Positions 56,236 to 64,000 of a stretch of DNA of 64,000 nucleotides are shown in pieces (position 1 is the stretch's first letter; every line of letters begins with the position of its first letter). The DNA is from Candidatus Bathyarchaeota archaeon B26-2 (GTDB lineage Archaea; Thermoproteota; Bathyarchaeia; Bathyarchaeales; B26-1), in NCBI GenBank assembly GCA_001593935.1, contig LUCE01000010.1, forward strand, positions 21,602 through 85,601, in the 5' to 3' direction. The notes under the pieces were generated by a model. That model was not told the origin of the DNA. It made no database searches and was given only the letters and a program-made list of their open reading frames with translations. The translations under genes were made by a program, and so were the position numbers.

Positions 56236-57507
56236 CTAACTCACCAGCCCGAACCTCGCGATTAGGTAGATAGTTGAGAACCCAAGCTGTATAAACGTGG
56301 TGAGGCTCCCAATCTTGGTGAACTCACTAAAGCTAACCGTAGTTCCCTCCCTCTTAAGGGTGTTCATGGCCATAACCACGACGACGCCGCTCATCGGCGT
56401 CGCGGCTCCACCGAGGTTTGTTCCTAGGACTAGGGCGGACCAAAGGGCTGTGGTGTTGAGGCCTTGTATCTCTTGGATCATAGGGGTGAATGTAAGCGCT
56501 ACAGCTATGTTGCTCACGACGCTGCTGGCCAACCCGCTCATCCACAGCATAATTGCGGTCGCTAAGGGAGGGTTGTTCCCCGAGACCGCTAGGAAGCCCT
56601 GTGAGAGCTGAGCTAGGAGACCTGTTCCCTCCAGTCCCTTAACGATTATCGAGAAGCCGCTTAGAAAGAAGATCGTCTCCCAGTCTAGGCTTCTGAAGAT
56701 ATCGGAGGGATCGAGGTTGCTTAGGCTCAGAGCGAGAACCGCGCATCCTAGAGCAACAGCTTCAGGACTTAAATTCAACTTGTCATGGATCATGAAGAGG
56801 CCTAGAAACAGGACGAGTAGGAGCGCGGACTTGTTGAAGAGGCTCTTATCCTCTACGCTCTCCCAAGGACTGTATGTGGGCACAGCCTTCTTCTCACCGA
56901 GAACATGCCTATAGTTGAAGTAGAGGGTGGCCATAGTTAGGGCCCACAACGCGAACTCGCATGGAGCTAGATAGGTTATGAACTCTGTGAAGCTCAGTCC
57001 TGCGTTGACCCCTATTATCATGTTGCTCACCGAGCCGATTAGGGTGCTCGTTCCTCCGAGGTTCACCATGATCGCTGCTGAGACTACGTAGGGAGCTGGA
57101 TCTTGGTCCATGAACTTGCTTATCGTAGTCGCGGCTGCAGCTATCATCAAGAGGGCAGTCGAGTCGCTTAGGAACATCGAGACTGCTGCAGAGGTGAGGC
57201 AGACGAAGATGAAGAGGAGACGTGAGTCTCCGCCGGAGAGCTTGATGGCGTATAGGGCCATCAGACGGAAGATTCCGCTCCTATAGGCGACCTCGAAGAC
57301 TATCATCGTCCCGATGAGGAGGCCGAGTATCTTCATGTCGATGAAGCCGGTCGCCTCCTCGTACGTGAACACTCCGTAACTGAGGCCGAACCAGACAGTG
57401 AGGAAGGCCCCGAGGAGAGCCGCTACAGAGATCGGAACCATCTCCAACGCCGCGGAGAGGAGGGTGAACAAGTATATGATGACGAAGATCATACTCTCAC
57501 TGGTCAT
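56236..57507 (-). CDS. ArsB/NhaD/CitMHS-superfamily ion transporter
   Basis: 423 aa, about 10-12 TM. Sequence style matches citrate-transporter-like (PF03600-type) permeases. Confidence 0.65.
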   Translation of the reverse strand: MTSESMIFVIIYLFTLLSAALEMVPISVAALLGAFLTVWFGLSYGVFTYEEATGFIDMKILGLLIGTMIVFEVAYRSGIFRLMALYAIKLSGGDSRLLFIFVCLTSAAVSMFLSDSTALLMIAAAATTISKFMDQDPAPYVVSAAIMVNLGGTSTLIGSVSNMIIGVNAGLSFTEFITYLAPCEFALWALTMATLYFNYRHVLGEKKAVPTYSPWESVEDKSLFNKSALLLVLFLGLFMIHDKLNLSPEAVALGCAVLALSLSNLDPSDIFRSLDWETIFFLSGFSIIVKGLEGTGLLAQLSQGFLAVSGNNPPLATAIMLWMSGLASSVVSNIAVALTFTPMIQEIQGLNTTALWSALVLGTNLGGAATPMSGVVVVMAMNTLKREGTTVSFSEFTKIGSLTTFIQLGFSTIYLIARFGLVS

Positions 57508-58060
57508 GGGGCTTCCTCTCGTTAGCCCTTTCAGCCATTCCAGCCAGCCAACCTGCTAGCGTCTTAGTCTTCTCCTCCAATACTTGGTAGAGGGTTCTCC
57601 CCATATCGTAGATCAGCACGAGGAAGATTCCCAACGAGACGAGGCTTATTGCTGCTGTAAGGAAACTTCCGAACTGGGGAAGGGGTTTGACGAAGGGTAC
57701 GGCCGCCGCGGCGAGGAGCATTGTGAGAAGTATGTAGACCAGGTCTCTGGCCACCCTTCTGAGGGGTCTGTCCTCCTTCACGCCGAGACGCCTCACCGTG
57801 ACCTCGACCCCAATATCGACTATCACGATTATGTCGGATAAGGCTCTGACAAGAAAGACTAAGCCCATAAGCGTAGCCGCAGCCCAGATAAGCCACCCCG
57901 TATCATTATACGGCTCGAGACCTATACCCGGAATCGTTATACCCGCTACGAAGATAGGTGCTGTGAGGCTCACAAACCAGAAGATGAGGGCTGTTATCGA
58001 GTTTACGACGATCCGTGGAACTCTTTCCCTGATCTCGTCACCGAGAGATTTCCGTTCCAT
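57497..58060 (-). CDS. Membrane protein, unknown function
   Basis: 187 aa, 4 predicted TM. Overlaps the downstream transporter start by 11 nt. Confidence 0.45.
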   Translation of the reverse strand: MERKSLGDEIRERVPRIVVNSITALIFWFVSLTAPIFVAGITIPGIGLEPYNDTGWLIWAAATLMGLVFLVRALSDIIVIVDIGVEVTVRRLGVKEDRPLRRVARDLVYILLTMLLAAAAVPFVKPLPQFGSFLTAAISLVSLGIFLVLIYDMGRTLYQVLEEKTKTLAGWLAGMAERANERKPHDQ

Positions 58061-58269
58061 CCTACTTAGATCACCTAAACCGATCGTTCCAGCGCATGGT
58101 GAGCCTCTAACAAAGATAGGGAACAGAATAAATAAGTTTTCTACCGGATGGATAAGGGTCCCTTAGGAGATGGCTTGCGGTTGACGGTTAGGAACGCCGC
58201 AACGGTCCTTTTACGCCTTCGAGAGCGTCCCACAGACCTTTCCGAACGACTCCACCGATATGGTTAGAA

Positions 58270-59112
58270 TTAATATCTCTTGATAAGCCTCTCGGCGTTC
58301 GAGTGTAGTATCTTCTTTAGGACGTTATCCGGCAGACCCAGACTCTTGAGGAATCTCATATGCTTCCTGTTCAAGCCGAACTCCCCGCCGTCAACAGCGA
58401 GACATGGAAAGTCTGTTCCGAAGAGAACCCTATCTGAGAACTCGGTTAGGAACCTCCTCGCGTGGTCTGGGTCTCTGCTCAGTGCGTTGAGCCCGGAGGT
58501 CGCGGAGATGTCCACATATATGTTTCTGTACGTCCTCAGAAGCCTCTGGACCTCCCCCTCAACTTCGACCTCGCCTTTTGGGTAGTGTTCACCCTCGAAC
58601 CTCTTTGAGATGTGCCTCCACCATCCCGGACCGTGAGCCACAAAGTTCACATCACTGAAAATCCTCAGAACGTTCTCTAATGCGTGTATATCGTAGAAGT
58701 ATCGACCGTCCTCCATGTGGAAGAGGACGGGTAAACCGTAGTCCTCGGCTACCTTCAGAATCTCGAGGGATCTCTCGTCATCCGCTCTGATGGGAACCTT
58801 GAACTCTCCTACACCCATACAACCCATCCTCACAAGCCGCTCAAGCCTTTCCACGGCCCCCGGGAATCTAGGATCAACTATGCAGAACGGCACAAGCCTC
58901 TCGTCTCCCAAGACCGTCTTTAGTAGAACCTCGTTCGATACAACCTCGGCATATGGGTCGCAGCCCTCTGGAACAGACAGCACAAAGGCCTTCTCCACAC
59001 CGCACTCATCCATGTAGCCGCGGAGGTCCTCTAAGTCGGCGTAGACCCATCCCTTCAAGTTTCGAGCTAGAGATCTAACCCACCCAATATGGACGTGGAC
59101 ATCCACAACCAA
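58270..59112 (-). CDS. Amidohydrolase_2-family metal-dependent hydrolase
   Basis: VVDVHVHIG (HxH), ...FHMEDG..., FGTDFP motifs. Confidence 0.8.
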   Translation of the reverse strand: MVVDVHVHIGWVRSLARNLKGWVYADLEDLRGYMDECGVEKAFVLSVPEGCDPYAEVVSNEVLLKTVLGDERLVPFCIVDPRFPGAVERLERLVRMGCMGVGEFKVPIRADDERSLEILKVAEDYGLPVLFHMEDGRYFYDIHALENVLRIFSDVNFVAHGPGWWRHISKRFEGEHYPKGEVEVEGEVQRLLRTYRNIYVDISATSGLNALSRDPDHARRFLTEFSDRVLFGTDFPCLAVDGGEFGLNRKHMRFLKSLGLPDNVLKKILHSNAERLIKRY

Positions 59113-59198
59113 GGCCTTCTAACCTCAAAGAGACCTCAGTAGAGCTAATAAAGATAAAACTTTCCATTCAAAACAGAAGAACGAACGCAGTTAAAGGG

Positions 59199-59293
59199 TG
59201 GCGGGCCCGAGGGGATTCGAACCCCCGACCTCAGGCTCCGAAGGCCTACGCCACCAGACGGCTGCGCCCTGATCCAGACTAGGCTACGGGCCC
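59199..59293 (-). tRNA. tRNA-Arg (anticodon TCG) with a 16-nt non-canonical intron near position 26-28; CCA encoded
   Basis: Manual fold: GGGCCCG acceptor, GCCT-AGTCTGGATCA-GGGC D arm, then an extra 16 nt, then (C/T)AGGC-CTTCGGA-GCCTG anticodon arm, GGGGG-TTCGAAT-CCCCT T arm, CGGGCCC-G-CCA. Confidence 0.8.
59248..59264 (-). other. Non-canonical tRNA intron (16 nt, boundaries +/-1) in tRNA-Arg(TCG)
   Basis: The insert AGCCGUCUGGUGGCGU contains the hairpin GCCGU-CUG-GUGGC flanked by 3-4 nt bulges (GCA / GUA), which is BHB-like. Cutting after the second bulge nucleotide gives a perfect CAGGC/GCCUG anticodon stem. Confidence 0.6.
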
Positions 59294-59350
59294 CAAGCGA
59301 TAAAAGAAGTTCAACAACCAATTAAAGGTTCTCATCTCAGAAAGAAACGC

Positions 59351-59360
59351 TTTAATATAG
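59351..59360 (+). promoter_or_regulatory. TATA box (TTTAATATAG) for tRNA-Ile
   Basis: Centred about 26 nt upstream of the first tRNA nucleotide (59382), which is the typical archaeal spacing. Confidence 0.4.
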
Positions 59361-59381
59361 AGAAAACCCAAAATCTTGGAG

Positions 59382-59483
59382 GGGCCGGTAGCTCAGCTTG
59401 GTTGAGTCCAACAGGAGTGGACGCCGAGGAGCGTTCGGCTGATAACCGAAAGGTCGAGAGTTCAAATCTCTCCCGGCCCACCA
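59382..59483 (+). tRNA. tRNA-Ile (anticodon GAT) with a ~23-nt intron in the D-loop / D-stem junction; CCA encoded
   Basis: Manual fold: GGGCCGG acceptor, GCTC-AGCTTGGTTGA-[23 nt]-GAGC D arm, TTCGG-CTGATAA-CCGAA anticodon arm (uninterrupted), GAGAG-TTCAAAT-CTCTC T arm, CCGGCCC-A-CCA. Confidence 0.8.
59406..59428 (+). other. Non-canonical tRNA intron (~23 nt) in the D-loop of tRNA-Ile
   Basis: The insert GUCCAACAGGAGUGGACGCCGAG contains the hairpin GUCCA-ACAGGAG-UGGAC. Its removal restores an 11-nt D-loop like those of the two tRNA-Arg genes. The boundary is ambiguous by 1 nt. Confidence 0.55.
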
Positions 59484-59567
59484 AGATTGATTTCTTTTGA
59501 AAGCGTTTATAATTGAGCTTTTTAGATTTCGTCGTAGGTTGTGGGATTTGGCCAGCCGGAGGATTTT

Positions 59568-60104
59568 TCATTTGACCGGTCCTAAGTAGGGCTGTACCTC
59601 GATGAAGTTTATTGCTGTCTCTTGGCCTGGTGGACCTCCAGGTTCACGGTCGTTTAACCAGTCGGATATTATAAGGGTCGCGGCCTTGGCTTTGAAGACT
59701 TGGACGTGATAATTCATCCATGTTCGGTGCTTGTCGTATGGTCCATAATCCCGTACGTGCGGGTTGTAGCCGAACTTGCAGTAGATAATCTCGAGGACAG
59801 CCTTGACCACGAACCGTTTCAGCCTTGCGCAACCTTCGCTACATATCCTGACCTCATATTCGCCCGCCGATAGGAACAGCATCCTCTCCAGGGTTGTTTC
59901 TCCCTCTCTATGTTCCATAGTAACACTGTTACGGTCCCCGTCGGTCAGGAGCACCTTTAAGTAGCCCGGTCCTTTGACGTCGGCTGTGGATGAGATGTGA
60001 ATCCACCCGTCCCTCGGATTGCGGAAATCGAACTTTCCGTCGCCACGACGGGATTTAATGTTTAAAAGTTCGGCCACGAAATTGTTCAGGAACCTAACTC
60101 TCAT
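59568..60104 (-). CDS. Hypothetical protein (178 aa)
   Basis: ORF with normal composition. No motif recognised. Confidence 0.45.
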   Translation of the reverse strand: MRVRFLNNFVAELLNIKSRRGDGKFDFRNPRDGWIHISSTADVKGPGYLKVLLTDGDRNSVTMEHREGETTLERMLFLSAGEYEVRICSEGCARLKRFVVKAVLEIIYCKFGYNPHVRDYGPYDKHRTWMNYHVQVFKAKAATLIISDWLNDREPGGPPGQETAINFIEVQPYLGPVK

Positions 60105-60282
60105 ATCATCAGCCTCATGATAGGAATGTGAATAAATATTTAGGGTTTGACCGCTGAGATGCCCTAAATGGCCTCTGTAGCTGCGCCATATAGCCTAGTG
60201 ATACTTAGATAGCACGTACCTTTTCGGAGATTGTCGTGAAACGAATGGTGGGAGCCTTTTGCAAAGTTTCATATAAATACCG

Positions 60283-61119
60283 ATGTATGATTGTTGGTGG
60301 GTTGAACGTCTCCTTCATTTGGGGTGTGAGATGATGGTTGTGGTTTCGCCGGGCCTGATATATAGCCACTTGAAGAGGCCGAAGGTCGCTAAGGCCTTCG
60401 ATCTCTTGGAGGATGACCTCGAGGTTCAGACGTATCTCCAGATGGCGAATGTTATGGCGGTTGGTAGGCTCAGATATAACGATCATGGGCCTGTTCACTC
60501 TAGGATAACTAGTGGGAGTGCTCTGGAGATTTTTGGGATACTCAGCGAGAAGGTTGGGTCTACGCTCGTTAGGGACGGTGTATGTTCTTTGGAGGATGCT
60601 GAAGTCGCCGTCTTGTGCGGGGCGTATCTACACGATATAGGAAACGCCGTACATAGAGAGTCTCATCACATTCATGGCTACAATATAGCGGGTTCGATTT
60701 TGGATAGGGTTCTTGGGGAGGTTTACCCGGACGACCCCGAGTTGAGGTTTAGGTTGAAGGCTGAGATTCTTCACTGCATCTTCTCTCATGACGAGGGTGT
60801 TCGGTGTTTAACTGTTGAAGCCGGTTCGGTGAAGGTTGCCGATGGGACCGATATGGCTGAGGGGAGGGCTAGGGTCCCTTACAGGACCGGGAAGGTTGAT
60901 ATTCATTCTCTTTCAGCCCTCTCGATAAGGAGGGTGGAGGTGGTTGAGGGTGATGAGGCGCCGGTTCGGATAGTGGTGAACATGGATAATCCGGCTGGGG
61001 TCTTCCAGATAGAGCACGTCTTGGGGAGGAAGATAGCTACTTCCGGTATAGAAGAGTGGGTTGAGGTTGTGGCCTTGGAGAGGGGTAGGGAGATAAAGGT
61101 TGTTCACGCTAAGGGTTAA
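60283..61119 (+). CDS. HD-domain metal-dependent phosphohydrolase
   Basis: HGPVHS...AYLHDIGNAVHRESHH motif set. The likely start is an internal ATG at about 60331. Confidence 0.75.
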   Translation: MYDCWWVERLLHLGCEMMVVVSPGLIYSHLKRPKVAKAFDLLEDDLEVQTYLQMANVMAVGRLRYNDHGPVHSRITSGSALEIFGILSEKVGSTLVRDGVCSLEDAEVAVLCGAYLHDIGNAVHRESHHIHGYNIAGSILDRVLGEVYPDDPELRFRLKAEILHCIFSHDEGVRCLTVEAGSVKVADGTDMAEGRARVPYRTGKVDIHSLSALSIRRVEVVEGDEAPVRIVVNMDNPAGVFQIEHVLGRKIATSGIEEWVEVVALERGREIKVVHAKG

Positions 61120-61285
61120 TAAGAGAAGAGGAGCGCAGCCGCATCTCAAGCTTTGGGGAATCTCCTTCACCCCTCATAAACTCGTGTGAAGGGCGTCATG
61201 AAACAATTCTGAGCGGGCACCAGCCCAACACGATCCAGAACAAGAGATCAACCTTTAAAAGCAGTCAAACGGAACAATCTTACTG

Positions 61286-62209
61286 GTGGACCAGATGATC
61301 TGGAGCTACCTAATACACCTAAGCTACAACATGTGGGCCGACCGAGACGTGCCCGGAAGAGAAGAGTACCTAAGCGCAAAACCCTACCTCCGCTTCGACG
61401 ACCATCTATGGAACGACCTCCTAAAAGAGATGAAGAAAGCGGGAATTAACATGATAGTCATCGATCTTGGAGACGGCGTAAAGTACGAGAGCCACCCAGA
61501 GATCGCCGTAAAGAACGCTTGGACACTAGAACGCCTAAAAGAAGAACTCGCTAAGCTCCGCGAGATGGGGATCGAGCCCATCCCAAAACTCAACTTCTCA
61601 ACCTGCCACGACATCTGGCTGGGACCATACTCCAGATGCGTCTCCACCGAGACCTACTACGAGGTCTGCCAAGACCTCATAAGCGAAGTCATCGACCTCT
61701 TCGAGAAGCCGCGGTTCTTCCACCTAGGGATGGACGAGGAGACCGCGCAACACCAACGCCACTACGAGTACGTAGTGATCAGGCAATACGACCTCTGGTG
61801 GCACGACCTCCTCTTCCTCGTCAGGGAGGTCGAGAAGGGCGGCGTACGCCCTTGGATCTGGTCCGACTACGTCTGGAGACATCCCGAGACCTTCTTCGAG
61901 AAGATGCCCAAAACGGTGCTACAGAGCAACTGGTACTACGGCTCGGAGTTCAAAGAAGAAATAACATACGTCAAGGCGTACCTAGACCTCGAGGAACACG
62001 GATACAACCAGATTCCAACGGGGAGCAACTGGTCTGTCCAAGAGAACTTCGAGAAGACAGTCGCCTACTGCAAAAAGCATATCTCGCCAGACCGCCTTCT
62101 AGGGTTCCTACAGACGGTCTGGAAACCGACCTTAAAAGACTACCGAGAAAGTCACATACAAGCGATCGAGGCAGTAAGCCGAGCGCGAAGAAGATGGGCG
62201 AACATGTGA
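61286..62209 (+). CDS. Hypothetical TIM-barrel-like protein with hexosaminidase-like HLGMDEE motif
   Basis: 307 aa. GINMIVIDLGDG..., FFHLGMDEE resembles the H-x-G-x-DE acid motif of GH20-type barrels. The assignment is weak. Confidence 0.45.
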   Translation: MDQMIWSYLIHLSYNMWADRDVPGREEYLSAKPYLRFDDHLWNDLLKEMKKAGINMIVIDLGDGVKYESHPEIAVKNAWTLERLKEELAKLREMGIEPIPKLNFSTCHDIWLGPYSRCVSTETYYEVCQDLISEVIDLFEKPRFFHLGMDEETAQHQRHYEYVVIRQYDLWWHDLLFLVREVEKGGVRPWIWSDYVWRHPETFFEKMPKTVLQSNWYYGSEFKEEITYVKAYLDLEEHGYNQIPTGSNWSVQENFEKTVAYCKKHISPDRLLGFLQTVWKPTLKDYRESHIQAIEAVSRARRRWANM

Positions 62210-62372
62210 CGCAGAAAACCCGACCGAATAAACTCTTCGAGGACACACGTCTGGGGAAGAGTATCTCTAGAACCGACACCGTCTGAATTTTTCTCTTTGC
62301 GGTCTGAGCCTGCGCTGAGATTGTTATGGCTGAAGCTGTTTAAAAAGGAGCGGTAATTCTCACTATGTCATA

Positions 62373-62555
62373 TCATCTTCTGCGGCCTCGACCTTCAGGC
62401 CGGAACTGCCCAGCGTTCCTCCCCAAGATAATGCGTTTTTCGTAGGACCGTCGATTACGAAGTTTAGGAATTGGATGACTCCTCATCCTCCCCTCGATCT
62501 TGGGGGTTTGGGACCTAACCTTTCCGGCCTTGGAAAGGGAACCATGCGTTGGCAT
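62373..62555 (-). CDS. rps30e: Ribosomal protein eS30 (S30e)
   Basis: HGSLSKAGKVRSQTPKIEG... matches the eS30 core. GGAGG lies 6-10 nt upstream of the ATG, and a TTTATATA box lies further upstream. Confidence 0.85.
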   Translation of the reverse strand: MPTHGSLSKAGKVRSQTPKIEGRMRSHPIPKLRNRRSYEKRIILGRNAGQFRPEGRGRRR

Positions 62556-62641
62556 AGATGCGCCTCCTTAACCTCATTCTCTTTTTCTTTACCGACGTAT
62601 ATAAACTTTAAAGGCTTATCGGTTTTAACGCGGCAGCGCTT

Positions 62642-64000
62642 TTATCTCTCTAGCATGAAAGCCTTCTTGGTTACAGGCCTCTCCTTGACTTCGTGGATAA
62701 GCATCTCCATCCTGTCACCTGTTCTTAGAAACATCCTCTCTTCAAGTGCGTCAAGGGCCCTCTGCAGTTTAACACTCTTCTCCGCGTAGACCGTGAATAG
62801 CGGTTCGCCTTCTTTCACGCGGTCTCCGATCTTCTTGTGGAGTAAAACTCCGGCGCCCTTATCCTTCGGAGCCCCGGCGAGCCTAGCAACTTCGACTAGG
62901 GAGGAGTTGTCTATCCAGAGGACGTAGCCGTCCCTATCTGAACGAGCCGTAAACCTTCGGTCTCCAACCCTTATGTCTGACGGGTTCACTTCTGGGTCTC
63001 CACCCTGCGCCTCTATGACCTCCCTTAACTTGCGTTCAGCCCTGCCGGATTTTAATACTTCCACGGCTAGCTCCTTCCCGTTCCTTCTCCCACTCATGTT
63101 TAGGAGGATACCGGCTATGTCTGTGGCTTTATCGACGAGATCTGGGACTACGGCCTTACCCATTAGGGTGCTCAAGGCTTCACGGGCTTCTAATGCTGGG
63201 CCTACCGCGTATCCGATCGGCTGTTCGCCGTACGTGACCGCGCACTGAACCTTTATATCCAGACGACGTCCGAGTTCGATGAAGTCCTTTGCCAGCAGGT
63301 CTGCTTCACCGATCGTCTTAACCTTTGTTCCTCTGCCGCATGGTATATCTACGACGAGGAGTTCCGCTCCAACCGCCTTCTTCTTGCTCATTATGGACGG
63401 GAGGAGCAGCGGGTCTATGGAGAGGGGGTGCTCTATTCTGACGAAGATGTCGTCGGCTGGAGCTAAGTATAGAGAGCCTCCCCAGATGATGCACCCGTTC
63501 GTCTTCTCCACGACCTCACCCATCTCTTCGAGGTTGAGGCTTACAGGCATCAGAACCTCGGCTCTATCGGCCGTTCCGGCGGCGGATGTTATGGCCCTAG
63601 AGGATGACTTTGGTATCGTTAAGCCGCACGCAGCTATTATCGGGACGACGAGGAGCGTCGTCTTGTCGCCAGGAACCCCTCCTATCGAGTGTTTATCTAA
63701 GATCGGATGTCTCCCCAGTTTGAGGGTGTTACCAGTCTCGACCATGGCGATAGAGAGGCTTGTGGCCTCATCCAAGTCGAGGCCGAAGCTGTGTAGAGCC
63801 GTAACGAAGGCCGCGATCTCGATCTCGCTCAGGTTTCCCTTAACCGTGTCCTTAATGATCTCGAGTATCTCTTCGTAAGTGAGTTTCCGGCCTCTCAGCT
63901 TGTTCCTTATGAAGTATACGGAGGTTGGGGACGGCGCTATCTCAACATCGAGGACGTCGCCCTCCTTTATGTCGAGGGAGCGTCTAACCTCGTCGTATAG
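62642..64000 (-). CDS. deoA: AMP phosphorylase (archaeal thymidine-phosphorylase family), N-terminus outside the window
   Basis: The frame stays open to the window edge (…LSEIEIAAFVTALHSFGLDLDEATSL…). DKHSIGGVPGDKTT and SSRAITSAAGTAD motifs. C-terminal PYNP domain. Confidence 0.9.
   Translation of the reverse strand, partial: LYDEVRRSLDIKEGDVLDVEIAPSPTSVYFIRNKLRGRKLTYEEILEIIKDTVKGNLSEIEIAAFVTALHSFGLDLDEATSLSIAMVETGNTLKLGRHPILDKHSIGGVPGDKTTLLVVPIIAACGLTIPKSSSRAITSAAGTADRAEVLMPVSLNLEEMGEVVEKTNGCIIWGGSLYLAPADDIFVRIEHPLSIDPLLLPSIMSKKKAVGAELLVVDIPCGRGTKVKTIGEADLLAKDFIELGRRLDIKVQCAVTYGEQPIGYAVGPALEAREALSTLMGKAVVPDLVDKATDIAGILLNMSGRRNGKELAVEVLKSGRAERKLREVIEAQGGDPEVNPSDIRVGDRRFTARSDRDGYVLWIDNSSLVEVARLAGAPKDKGAGVLLHKKIGDRVKEGEPLFTVYAEKSVKLQRALDALEERMFLRTGDRMEMLIHEVKERPVTKKAFMLER

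Noticed and set aside
59388-59417. Textbook-looking BHB (CUC-AGC-UUGG-loop-CCAA-CAG-GAG) inside tRNA-Ile that would define a different 17-nt intron
   Set aside because: Splicing at those bulges would delete the conserved UUGG (G18/G19) of the D-loop and leave a 17-nt non-canonical D-loop. I retain the ~23-nt intron model but flag the ambiguity.
59332-59571. 79-aa ORF on the minus strand
   Set aside because: It is read through the complement of tRNA-Ile and its promoter, so it is spurious.
60143-60172. Hairpin TTTAGGG-N16-CCCTAAA in the 59568/60283 divergent spacer
   Set aside because: Short stem, large loop, no flanking T-run and no box motifs. The evidence is insufficient to call an RNA or an operator.
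61636-62286. 216-aa ORF overlapping 61286..62209 in another frame of the same strand
   Set aside because: The translation is Arg/Pro/Gly-rich with no structure. The alternative frame gives a well-formed protein with normal composition.

Overview
The window is an archaeal chromosomal segment, most likely from a TACK/Thermoproteota-type thermophile. Archaeal markers are prefoldin beta, ribosomal protein eS30, a Sulfolobus-type zinc ferredoxin, AMP phosphorylase and a family-4 UDG. Three tRNAs have genomically encoded CCA, and two of them carry short introns at non-canonical positions. No rRNA genes, CRISPR arrays, transposases or integrases were recognised. Housekeeping content includes carA-carB, argG, argH, a SufS-like desulfurase, PiT plus a DUF47 regulator, a CaCA exchanger, a DHH phosphoesterase and an M20 peptidase. 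An isolated C1 module is present: ftr plus translationally coupled fwdD-fwdB, with no fwdA or fwdC nearby. The most unusual region is a ~23 kb island (about 17.8-41.1 kb) with a satellite at 48.4-51.4 kb. It consists almost entirely of poorly characterised carbohydrate-active-like families. These are two GHL6-like and two GHL10-like TIM barrels, an Ogl/PL22-like beta-propeller, a heparinase II/III-like giant and two large unknown proteins. It also holds an NPP/AlkP-type phosphodiesterase, a URO-D-family protein, an amidohydrolase pair and a sugar-phosphate isomerase. No recognisable sugar transporter or regulator lies inside it. I read it as a candidate, largely cytoplasmic, acidic-oligosaccharide processing system that is not described for archaea. 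Other observations are three decayed or frameshifted genes, AT-rich islets carrying orphan ORFs, and palindromic operator-like sites in two promoters. All functional calls come from by-eye motif recognition on the supplied translations; no database search was run.
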